Origin: Thermoanaerobaculia bacterium
Lineage (GTDB): Bacteria > Acidobacteriota > Thermoanaerobaculia > Multivoradales > UBA5704
Direction: 5' to 3'
DNA: 64,000 nucleotides
Assembly (NCBI GenBank): GCA_036002325.1
Contig: DASYTJ010000087.1
Location: forward strand, 149,188 to 213,187
Each line of letters starts with the position of its first letter. The stretch's first letter is position 1. Positions 1 through 15,894 of the stretch are shown here, piece by piece. The notes beneath the pieces are model-generated. The model worked only from the letters and a program-made list of their open reading frames with translations, did no database searches and was not told the origin of the DNA. Made by a program: the position numbers and the translations under genes.

Positions 1-2646
1 CCGATACGGCGAGCAGGAGACGTAGTCGAGCCCCACGCGCTCGAAGAAGTCGATCGACTGGGGGTCGCCGCCGTGCTCGCCGCAGACGCCCAGATGCAGA
101 TGCTCGCGGGTGGCGCGGCCTTTCTCGCAAGCCATCTGGACGAGCTGGCCGCAGCCCTCGTCGTCGAGGCTTTGGAAAGGATCCCACGGCAGCACCTTCT
201 GCTCGACGTACTGGGGCAGGAAGCGTCCGGCGTCGTCTCGGGAGTAGCCGTAGGTCATCTGCGTCAGGTCGTTGGTCCCGAAGGAGAAGAAATCGGCATG
301 GCGGGCGATCTTGTCGGCCACCAGCGCCGCCCGCGGCACCTCGATCATGGTGCCGATGAGGATATCGAGCTTCATCCCCTCTTCCCGCAGCACACGCTCG
401 ACGACGGTGGTCGTCATCTGCCGCAGGCGAATCATCTCCTGCTCCGTACCGACGAGGGGGTGCATGATCTCGGCCAGCACGATGTCGCCGGCACGGCTGC
501 GGACACAGGCGGCGCGGACGATGGCCTCGACCTGCATCTCGTAAATCTCGGGCGCGGTGATCCCCAGACGGCAGCCGCGGAGCCCGAGCATGGGATTGGC
601 CTCGGCCAGGACCTCGGCGCGCGCCTTGACGTCGGCCGCGTCGATCCCCATCTGCTCGGCGAGGACGCGCAGGGCCTTCTCCTCCTTGGGCAGGAACTCG
701 TGCAGCGGCGGATCGAGCAGGCGGATGGTGATGGGTTTGCCGTTCAGCGCGGCGAAGATCCCCTCGAAGTCCTTCTGCTGCATGGGCAGCAGCCGCGCCA
801 GCGCCGTGCGCCGCACCTCGTCGGTGCTCGCCAGGATCATCTGCCGCACCCAGGGGATGCGCTCGTCGTCGAAGAACATGTGCTCGGTGCGGCAGAGCCC
901 GATGCCCTGGGCGCCCAGCGCCGCTGCCACGGCGGCGTCGCGGGGCGTGTCGGCGTTGGCGCGGATGCGCAGGCGCCGCTCGGCGTCGGCCCACTCGAGG
1001 AGCCGGTTGAAGACGCGCGAAGCCGCCGACGGCGCGGCGCCGTCGAGGAGCACGCGCAGCACTTCGGACGGACGGGAGGCCAGGGCCCCGGCGATCACCT
1101 CGCCGGTCGAGCCGTCGATGGACAGCTCGTCGCCTTCGTGGAAGACGCGGTCGCCCACCCGCACCTCGCCGGCGTGCTCGTCCACCTCCAGGGCGCCGGC
1201 GCCGACGATGCAAGGCTTGCCGAGGCCGCGGGCGACGACCGCCGCGTGCGAGGTCATGCCGCCGCGGGAGGTAAGGATACCGGCCGAGGCGTGCATGCCG
1301 ACGATGTCCTCGGGCGAGGTCTCGGCGCGCACCAGGAGCACCGGACCGGCGGCGGCCATCTCGGCGGCGCGGTCGGCGGTCAAGGCGATCTTGCCGGAAG
1401 CGGCGCCGGGACCAGCGGGCAGACCATGGGCCAGGAGGTCGCCCTCGGTGACCGCCTTCTTCTTCTGATCGGCGTCGAACTCCGGCGCCAGCATCTGGGC
1501 GAGCTGCGTGGGCTGGACACGGTCCAGGGCCTCGCGCTCGTCGATCAACCCCTCCGCCACCATCTCGACCGCGATGCGGATCGCCGCCGGGCCGGTGCGC
1601 TTGCCGGCGCGCGTCTGCAGCATGTAGAGCGTGCCGTGCTGGATGGTGAACTCGACGTCCTGCATGTCACGGAAGTGGCGCTCCAGCCGGCCGCAGATCT
1701 CCTCGAGCTGGCGGTGGGCTTCGGGGAAGTCGGCGCCGAGGCCGCCGTTGCCGTCGGCGGGGACGATGTCCTTCGGCGTGCGAATGCCGGCCACGACGTC
1801 CTCGCCCTGGGCGTTGGTCAGGTACTCGCCGTAGACCCGCCGCTCGCCGGTGGCGGGATTGCGGGTGAAGGCCACGCCGGTGGCGCAGTCGGCGCCGCGA
1901 TTGCCGAACACCATCGTCTGGACGTTGACCGCGGTGCCGAGCAGGCCGGTGATCTTCTCGAGTCGCATGTACTCGCGCGCCCGCGGGTTGTTCCAGCTCT
2001 CGAAGACGGCGCCGATGGCCCCCCAGAGCTGCTCCTTGGGTTCTTGCGGGAACAGCTTGCCGTGCTCCTCGATGGTGCGCTCGAAGGCCGCGACAACGCC
2101 GCGCAGCGACTCCGGGGTCAGCTCGAAGTCGTTAGTGGCTCCCTGGCGTTTGCGCGCGTCGCCCAGGATCTTCTCGAATGCGTGATGCGGCACGCCCAGC
2201 ACCACGTCGCCGTACATGGTGAGGAGGCGCCGGTAGGCGTCGAGCAGGAAGCGCTCGTCCACGCCGCGGGCGATCAGCGCTTCGATGATCGCGTCCGTGA
2301 GGCCCAGATTGAGCACGGTGTCCATCATTCCCGGCATCGACCGGGCGGCGCCCGAACGGACCGAGACGAGCAGGGGGTTTTCCGGATCGCCGAAGCGCTG
2401 GCCGGTCCTCTCCTCGACCAAGGCGAGATGCCGCGCTACTTCGTCCTCCAAGCCTTCGGGATAAACGCCACCGTGCTGGTGGTAATAGGCGCAGACCTCT
2501 GTCGTGATGGTGAATCCAGGAGGCACTGGAATCCCGAGCCGGCTCATCTCCGCCAGCCCCGCTCCCTTGCCTCCGAGGAGATCTTTCTGTTTCCCGTTCC
2601 CTTCCGCCGTACCACCGCCGAACGCGTAGACATGCTTGGCAGACAT
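1..2646 (-). CDS. ppdK: Pyruvate, phosphate dikinase (PPDK); partial, C-terminus cut by the window edge. The + ORF 73..2883 is its shadow.
   Basis: Reverse-strand translation from ATG (complement of 2644-2646) gives MSAKHVYAFGGGTAEGNGKQKDLLGGKGAGLAEM..., the canonical PPDK N-terminus. About 882 codons run to the window edge with no stop. Confidence 0.9.
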   Translation of the reverse strand, partial: MSAKHVYAFGGGTAEGNGKQKDLLGGKGAGLAEMSRLGIPVPPGFTITTEVCAYYHQHGGVYPEGLEDEVARHLALVEERTGQRFGDPENPLLVSVRSGAARSMPGMMDTVLNLGLTDAIIEALIARGVDERFLLDAYRRLLTMYGDVVLGVPHHAFEKILGDARKRQGATNDFELTPESLRGVVAAFERTIEEHGKLFPQEPKEQLWGAIGAVFESWNNPRAREYMRLEKITGLLGTAVNVQTMVFGNRGADCATGVAFTRNPATGERRVYGEYLTNAQGEDVVAGIRTPKDIVPADGNGGLGADFPEAHRQLEEICGRLERHFRDMQDVEFTIQHGTLYMLQTRAGKRTGPAAIRIAVEMVAEGLIDEREALDRVQPTQLAQMLAPEFDADQKKKAVTEGDLLAHGLPAGPGAASGKIALTADRAAEMAAAGPVLLVRAETSPEDIVGMHASAGILTSRGGMTSHAAVVARGLGKPCIVGAGALEVDEHAGEVRVGDRVFHEGDELSIDGSTGEVIAGALASRPSEVLRVLLDGAAPSAASRVFNRLLEWADAERRLRIRANADTPRDAAVAAALGAQGIGLCRTEHMFFDDERIPWVRQMILASTDEVRRTALARLLPMQQKDFEGIFAALNGKPITIRLLDPPLHEFLPKEEKALRVLAEQMGIDAADVKARAEVLAEANPMLGLRGCRLGITAPEIYEMQVEAIVRAACVRSRAGDIVLAEIMHPLVGTEQEMIRLRQMTTTVVERVLREEGMKLDILIGTMIEVPRAALVADKIARHADFFSFGTNDLTQMTYGYSRDDAGRFLPQYVEQKVLPWDPFQSLDDEGCGQLVQMACEKGRATREHLHLGVCGEHGGDPQSIDFFERVGLDYVSCSPYR

Positions 2647-2764
2647 CTCGTTTTCCCTCCAGACCGCACGGCTTCTCGCCGGCGGGGTGATTCTATGTCA
2701 GGGGCTGAGAGGCGGGCCTATGGTGCTTCGCGATGGGAATTGACCCGGCCTTCGATCATCCTCC

Positions 2765-5275
<2,511 letters not shown>

Positions 5276-5354
5276 AACACGATCCTATAAGGCGGCAGGA
5301 CGGAAATGGTAGACTGGCAGAGCTCAAGCACGAGCTGCTTCTGGAAGCACTGCG

Positions 5355-5690
5355 ATGACGGAAATTCAGACCATCGAAAGCCTCGCCACGCTCGACGAGT
5401 TGCTCGAGACCTCGCACCGGAAGCCGGTCTGGGTCTTCAAGCACAGCCTGACCTGCGGCATCTCGAGCTTCGCCTGGACCGAGTTCCGGCGCTTCGCCGA
5501 GCAGGCATCCGATGAGGGAACGGTCTACGCGGTCATCGAAGTGCAGAACGCTCGCACCGTCTCGACCGCCCTGGCCGAGCGCATCGGCGTGCGCCACCAG
5601 ACGCCCCAGGCCATCCTGCTCCGCGACGCCCAGGCGGCGTGGCACGCCAGCCATTATGAGATCAGGGTGCAGGCGTTGAAGAAGGCCTGA
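5355..5690 (+). CDS. ytxJ: Bacillithiol-system monothiol thioredoxin-like protein YtxJ
   Basis: 111 aa with a single-Cys T-C-G-I-S motif (YtxJ has TCPIS) and a thioredoxin-like length and pattern. It diverges from the phosphoesterase gene. Confidence 0.6.
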   Translation: MTEIQTIESLATLDELLETSHRKPVWVFKHSLTCGISSFAWTEFRRFAEQASDEGTVYAVIEVQNARTVSTALAERIGVRHQTPQAILLRDAQAAWHASHYEIRVQALKKA

Positions 5691-5705
5691 GGATCTCCCC
5701 GGAAG

Positions 5706-6776
5706 CTACGGCGTTTTCCCGCTCCACTTGGACGCGCTGCCCAACTCGAAGCCGTCGTAAAAGATCGGATCCGTCCGCACGCAGTCGCCGGTGTAATTGA
5801 ACCGCTGGCCGCCGGCGACCATTTGAAAATCGGTCACCCGCAAGGCTCTCAGGTCGAGCGGACCCAGGAGCGTGTCCCATTTGGCCGTGGTGAAACGGTC
5901 GCTCTGGGCGGTCAGGGCGATGGTGCCGCCGTCCGCGAGGAACATGCCGTACTTCTGCAGCGCTCGGGCCACCACCCGGGATGCTTCATTCGGCAGGCTC
6001 TGCAGCGGGTAGTCGGCCCGCAATCGCAGGCGCGCGCCGTAGGGCGGAGCCGTGGTGGGCCCGCTGGTCGCGAAGGTCGAGTGCGTCGCCGGATAGACGT
6101 ACACCTTCCGGCGCATGCGGCTGTTGGGCAGGATGAAACGGATGGCGTGATCGATGTACCCCGCCGCGACCTCGTCGGCGTTGAACAGCAGGGGCGCGAT
6201 GGGAAAGCCGGCGGCGTCGGCGCTGGTGCAGTCGTTGCCGCGGGCCCCCGGCGGATAGGTGAGCTTCATGTTCCACACGGCGAGGCAGCCGCCGTAGAAG
6301 TCGCCGCCGACGAGGTCGGCCCGCCACATCTCGTACAGGCGGTTGCTCGGCCGGTGGACGACGATCAGATGGCAGTCGCCGTCGCTGGCGCACTGGTATC
6401 CGGTTTCACCCTCGAGAGCGCCGCCGGCCGGCACGGGAACCTGCGCGAAGTCGCAATCGGGATCATAGAAATCGCCGGTCGGGGTGAAGCTGCGGAACGG
6501 CGTCGAGGCGTCCGCCTCCAGCACCTCGATCGAGAAGTCGATCTGCATGGTTCCGCCGCCCCAGCCGCCGACGCTGGAGAGCCAGGAGATCACCGCCGCC
6601 GACTCGGAGTCGACGGGAGCCGCCGAGATGTCCTGATACCACGGCGCGTCCGCCGGGAAGTAGGGTCCATGTCCGGCCGGCGGCTGAGCCTGAGCGCCCG
6701 CCGCCGCGGCGAACAGGCAGAGCCCGGCGAAGGCTGCGCAGTGCCACAGCAGTTCCTTCCATACCCGGATTGCCAT
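5706..6776 (-). CDS. Secreted hypothetical protein (signal peptide, Cys-containing)
   Basis: 356-aa ORF. The N-terminus MAIRVWKELLWHCAAFAGLCLFAAAAGAQAQ is signal-peptide-like. No recognisable domain. Confidence 0.5.
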   Translation of the reverse strand: MAIRVWKELLWHCAAFAGLCLFAAAAGAQAQPPAGHGPYFPADAPWYQDISAAPVDSESAAVISWLSSVGGWGGGTMQIDFSIEVLEADASTPFRSFTPTGDFYDPDCDFAQVPVPAGGALEGETGYQCASDGDCHLIVVHRPSNRLYEMWRADLVGGDFYGGCLAVWNMKLTYPPGARGNDCTSADAAGFPIAPLLFNADEVAAGYIDHAIRFILPNSRMRRKVYVYPATHSTFATSGPTTAPPYGARLRLRADYPLQSLPNEASRVVARALQKYGMFLADGGTIALTAQSDRFTTAKWDTLLGPLDLRALRVTDFQMVAGGQRFNYTGDCVRTDPIFYDGFELGSASKWSGKTP

Positions 6777-6809
6777 GAGGCGATTCTACAGGAAGCCAAG
6801 CCGGCCGTA

Positions 6810-7400
6810 TTACGTCGACGGCTCCCAGAGCGCGATGTCGATGCATTCTGCTGCGCATTCGCGCGAAAACTCTTCGACCTCGAAGACGTCGATATAGGGG
6901 TCCCGCTGCTCTCGAATCGCGAGGAGGGTGGGTTCGGCTGCGGACAGGAGGCCCGCTTCGCGGAGGAATGTACCCAGTCTCACCGGCTCCGAATTCATCC
7001 AGGGCCACTGCACGACGCACCCCGCGTAGACCGGCCACCTGACGTCGAAATCCTCCCGGTTCTTCAGGCGGGCGAAGGCGTCCTGGCCGAAATCGGGCCG
7101 GCCACCCTCCAGGGCGAGACCGATCCGGGTCCACAGCGCCAGCTCATCGGATGGGTCCTCGCGCAGGCGAAACGCACAGAAATCCCCGAGGCGATTCGAG
7201 TTCACGGTCTGCACCGCGTAGCCCGGCTGCCAGACCCAATGCGAGCGAGGCAGCTCCTCGACGATTTCGATCGCCTCCAGCAAGGCAGCCTTGGTCTTCG
7301 ACAGGAGATCGCTGCCACCGAGCACTCGAGATCGATAACCGGGGAAACCGGCCCCGAAAGTCCTAGCGAAGAACTCTTCGGCCGCGCCGGCCATGATCAA
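6810..7400 (-). CDS. Hypothetical protein
   Basis: 196-aa ORF. Its 5' end overlaps the stop of the upstream DUF1304 gene by 4 bp (7397-7400), consistent with co-transcription downstream of ku. Confidence 0.45.
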   Translation of the reverse strand: MIMAGAAEEFFARTFGAGFPGYRSRVLGGSDLLSKTKAALLEAIEIVEELPRSHWVWQPGYAVQTVNSNRLGDFCAFRLREDPSDELALWTRIGLALEGGRPDFGQDAFARLKNREDFDVRWPVYAGCVVQWPWMNSEPVRLGTFLREAGLLSAAEPTLLAIREQRDPYIDVFEVEEFSRECAAECIDIALWEPST

Positions 7401-7756
7401 CGCGCGAGCAGCACGAGCGCCAGCGCGAGGGCGCCCGGAACGGCTTGGACCCAGAGGATCTTCCGGCTGGCGGTGGCGGCTCCGAAGATACCGGCGATGA
7501 CCACGCAGACGAGGAAAAAGATCTTGACTGCGAGGCCGGCCGAACCGAGGAGGAGGCCCCAGACGAGCCCCGCGGCCAGGAAGCCGTTGTAGAGGCCCTG
7601 GTTGGCGGCGAGCGACGCCGTGGCCTCCGCCATCTCGCGCGTCAGGCCGAACGTCTTGCGGCCGAAGGGCTTCTTCCAGAGGAACATCTCGAGCACGAGG
7701 AAGTAGAGGTGCAGGACGGCCACCAGACCTACCGCGACATCGGCCACGGTTCCCAT
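7397..7756 (-). CDS. DUF1304 family small membrane protein
   Basis: 119 aa with several hydrophobic helices (VAVGLVAVLHLYFLVLEMFLWKKPFGRKTFGLT...), a typical DUF1304 pattern. It starts 6 bp after the ku stop. Confidence 0.55.
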   Translation of the reverse strand: MGTVADVAVGLVAVLHLYFLVLEMFLWKKPFGRKTFGLTREMAEATASLAANQGLYNGFLAAGLVWGLLLGSAGLAVKIFFLVCVVIAGIFGAATASRKILWVQAVPGALALALVLLAR

Positions 7757-7762
7757 GGCGAT

Positions 7763-8677
7763 CTAGCGCCGCGAGCTCTTCTTCTTCGGCTCCGCGGTTT
7801 CCCCGTCGTCTGCCGGCACAGCTTTGAGGGTGGTGCCGCCAGAGCGCTTGGCGGGTTTGCGGTCGGCGAGCGAGATGGGCTTCTCAGACGCGGACGGCTT
7901 CGCCGCGGCGAGGCTCGCCTTGAGGGCCGCCATGAGGTCGATCACCTGTGCCTTCGGCGCCTCGGCCGGCGCGGCGGTGATCTCCTCGCCCTTGACCTTG
8001 CGCTCGATCAGATCGCGCACCTGCTGGCGCTGCTTGTCCTCATAGTTCTCGGGATGGAACTCGTCGTTGGCGACCTGCTCGATGAGCTGCATCGCCAGCT
8101 TGAGCTCTGACTCCTTGACCTCGAGGTTCGCCGGACCGATAGGCACCTCGGAGAAGTCCCGCAGCTCGTCGGCGTAGCGGAGCTGTTGCATCACCAGACC
8201 GTTCTGGTAGGGCCGCAGGAGCACGAGCTGGTCCTTGCCACGGGCCTGGTAACGGGCGAGCGCCGCCCGCCCGGTCTGCTTCATCGCCTCGGCGAGCAGC
8301 CGGTAGGGACGGTCGCCCCCCTTGTCGGATCCCAGATACCACGACTTCTCGAAGTAGACCGGATCGATCTGATCCAAGGGGATGAACTCGGAGATCTCGA
8401 TCGCGTTGGTGGCCTCCGGCTGAAGGGCCTTGAGCTCCGCATCGTTGAACAGAACGTACTGCCCCTTGGCGTACTCGTAGCCCTTGGCCACGCCGTCCTT
8501 CTCCACCACCTCGTTGTCGACAGGACAGATGTACTGCTGCTTGAGCCGCGAGCCGCACTTCTTGTGCAGCATATTGAATTGAACTCCGACCGAGCTTTCG
8601 CCGGTGGAATACAGCTTGACGGGGATGGTAACGAGACCGAAAGCGATGGTGCCGGAGGCAAAGGGACGGGCGCTCAT
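7763..8677 (-). CDS. ku: Non-homologous end joining protein Ku
   Basis: The 3' 304 codons of the long minus ORF 7763..10855 encode MSARPFASGTIAFGLVTIPVKLYSTGESS..., a classic Ku N-terminus and core. The rest of that ORF is antisense read-through of ligD. An alternative start lies 22 codons upstream (8743). Confidence 0.85.
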   Translation of the reverse strand: MSARPFASGTIAFGLVTIPVKLYSTGESSVGVQFNMLHKKCGSRLKQQYICPVDNEVVEKDGVAKGYEYAKGQYVLFNDAELKALQPEATNAIEISEFIPLDQIDPVYFEKSWYLGSDKGGDRPYRLLAEAMKQTGRAALARYQARGKDQLVLLRPYQNGLVMQQLRYADELRDFSEVPIGPANLEVKESELKLAMQLIEQVANDEFHPENYEDKQRQQVRDLIERKVKGEEITAAPAEAPKAQVIDLMAALKASLAAAKPSASEKPISLADRKPAKRSGGTTLKAVPADDGETAEPKKKSSRR

Positions 8678-8857
8678 GAAAGGGTAATATACGCCGATTG
8701 CGTTTTGAAAGGAAACAGAATCGGCCGTGTACCGTTCGCTCATAAATTGAAAACCTCGCCCCCTTCCCGCACGCCGGACCCCGCCCGCGTTATCCGCGAC
8801 GAGCTCGCCCGGCTCGGAGCTCCCCGCTCGCCGGTCGATCCGGCCACGGTCCAGGTG

Positions 8858-10747
8858 ATGAAACCGGAGATTCGGGAGCGGCCGTTCAGCCGCGCCGGCT
8901 GGATCTTCGAGCTGAAGCACGACGGCTTCCGCATGCTGGCCGCCGGCGGCCTCGGCGCGGCGCGGCTGCTCTACAAGAAGGGGCGAGACACCACGCGCGT
9001 CTTCCCGGAAGTGGCCGAGGCCGTGGCGGGCCTCCCGTTCGGCTCGCTGCTCCTGGATGGCGAGGTGGTGGTGCTCGACGAGGAGGGCCGTCCCGACTTC
9101 AACAAGCTTCACAAGCGGGGTCTGGGGACGCGGCCGGTGCCGCCCTCTCAGATCACCGACCCAGCCGTGCTCTTCGTCTTCGATCTCCTGGCCTTCGAGG
9201 ACTTCGACCTCCGGCCGTTGCCGCTGCTCACGCGCAAGGCGTTCCTGCGCCGGGTAGTTCCCGGTGAAGGCCTGGTTCGCCTCTCCGATGAGATCCCGGA
9301 GCGGGGCGAGGACCTCTACGCCGCCGTGATCGGGATGGGGCTCGAAGGCATCATCGGCAAACGCGCGGACTCGCCCTACCGCGCCGGCCGCTCGGCCGAC
9401 TGGCTGAAGGTCAAGGCCGCCCGGACCGGAGACTTCGCCGTCATCGGGTTCGATCCGGTCCCCGGAAGTCCCAAGGGGTTCCGCGCGTTCTACCTCGCCA
9501 CGCGCCAGGGCTCTGACAGCTGGCAGTTCGTGGGCTCGGTGGGCACCGGCTTCACCAGCGGGGACGTAGCCGAGATCTGGCCCCGCCTCGACAGCGCCCG
9601 CCGGCCCCGTCCCGTCGTCGCCGTTCCCCCCGAAGATCAATTGAAGACAGCCATCTGGATCGAGCCCCGGATCGTCGTCGAAGTGCGGTACAAGGACTGG
9701 ACGGAGGGCGGGCACCTGCGCCACGCGGTCTTCTTGCGGCTGCGGGACGACAAGACCGTCGACGAATGCACGCCGCCCGGCGGAGAGAGGATGGAGGAGC
9801 AGGAGCCGCCCGGTGAGCCGCCTGCGGAGACGCCCCCCGCCGAGCCTCCCGCTGCTGCGGGACCCGTTCCCTTCACCAATCTCGACAAGGTCTTCTGGCC
9901 GGAAGAAGGCATCACCAAGGGAGATCTCGTCGAGTTCTATCGTGCGATCGCGCCCTGGATGCTTCCCTTCCTCCGCGATCGCCCGCTCGTCCTGGATCGC
10001 TACCCGAATGGCGTGGCCGGCAAGTCGTTTTTTCAGAAAACCGTCCCCGCAGGCACCTCCGGCCGCTTCCGCACGGTGTTCCTCGACGCCGGAGGCTCGG
10101 ACCGCGGCCACGAATACGTGCTCTGCGATGACGTGGAAACTCTGCTCGAGCTGGTGAACCTGGCGGCCATTCCGTTCCACATCTGGGCGAGCCGCGTGAC
10201 CGACGTCGAGCGTCCGGACTGGTGCATTCTCGATCTCGACCCGAAGTCTGCGCCGTTCACCCACGTCGTCGCCATCGCCCGCGCCGTGCGCGAGCTGTGC
10301 GAGGAAATCGAGCTGCCGAGCTTCATCAAGACGAGCGGCGGCAGCGGCCTGCACGTGCTGATGCCGACCGGCGGCCAGCTCGATTTTGATCAGGTCCGCC
10401 AGCTCGCTGAGCTGCTGGCCGGTGTCATCGTGGCTCGCATGCCGGCGATCGCCACCACGGCCCGGGCCATTCGCGCCCGCGAAGGCAGGGTTTACGTCGA
10501 CGCCTTGCAGAACGGCCGCGGCAAGCTCCTCGTCGCGCCCTATTCCGTGCGGCCCCGTCCGGGAGCGCCCCTTTCGACGCCCCTGCAGTGGAACGAGGTG
10601 AATGATTCCCTGGACGTCCGCGCCTTCAACATCAAGACCGTACCGCCACGGGTTCGCAAACTGAAACAGGACCCGCTGCTGCCCGTGCTGGACGTCAAAC
10701 CGGATCTGGAACGGAGCCTGGGGCTGCTGAGCGAGCGGCTCGGCTGA
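8858..10747 (+). CDS. ligD: ATP-dependent DNA ligase LigD: ligase domain plus primase-polymerase domain, with no phosphoesterase domain
   Basis: Ligase motif I ELKHDGFR (KxDG adenylation lysine). A Pro/Glu-rich linker is followed by the Pol domain (FTNLDKVFWPEEGITKGDLVEFYRAIAPW..., KTSGGSGLHVLMP). Start could be ATG 8858, GTG 8855 or TTG 8747. It diverges from ku. Confidence 0.85.
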   Translation: MKPEIRERPFSRAGWIFELKHDGFRMLAAGGLGAARLLYKKGRDTTRVFPEVAEAVAGLPFGSLLLDGEVVVLDEEGRPDFNKLHKRGLGTRPVPPSQITDPAVLFVFDLLAFEDFDLRPLPLLTRKAFLRRVVPGEGLVRLSDEIPERGEDLYAAVIGMGLEGIIGKRADSPYRAGRSADWLKVKAARTGDFAVIGFDPVPGSPKGFRAFYLATRQGSDSWQFVGSVGTGFTSGDVAEIWPRLDSARRPRPVVAVPPEDQLKTAIWIEPRIVVEVRYKDWTEGGHLRHAVFLRLRDDKTVDECTPPGGERMEEQEPPGEPPAETPPAEPPAAAGPVPFTNLDKVFWPEEGITKGDLVEFYRAIAPWMLPFLRDRPLVLDRYPNGVAGKSFFQKTVPAGTSGRFRTVFLDAGGSDRGHEYVLCDDVETLLELVNLAAIPFHIWASRVTDVERPDWCILDLDPKSAPFTHVVAIARAVRELCEEIELPSFIKTSGGSGLHVLMPTGGQLDFDQVRQLAELLAGVIVARMPAIATTARAIRAREGRVYVDALQNGRGKLLVAPYSVRPRPGAPLSTPLQWNEVNDSLDVRAFNIKTVPPRVRKLKQDPLLPVLDVKPDLERSLGLLSERLG

Positions 10748-10902
10748 CGTCGCGCAAGAAGTCGCGATATCCTTCGGGACCTGAGCCGGACGCGTTCCAG
10801 GCGGTTCTCGGGACGCTCGGGCTCGGGCATGACGATGTTCTCCGCCGAGCCTCATCCTATCCCTCTGGACAAGTCTCCGCCGACTGTCCCGGAGGCGAGG
10901 CC

Positions 10903-15801
<4,899 letters not shown>

Positions 15802-15894
15802 TGCTGGCGTTTGCGGTCTCCCTCCATCCCTTGCAAATGCCAGTAGGTGCCGCCCTTGAGCCATGCCTCGTGACCCGCGGCGAGGGCGCTCGCG

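Noticed and set aside
7763-10855. 1030-aa minus ORF
   Set aside because: Only the 3' 304 codons (Ku) are real. The upstream 700 codons run antisense through ligD, whose + strand product has unambiguous ligase and polymerase motifs.
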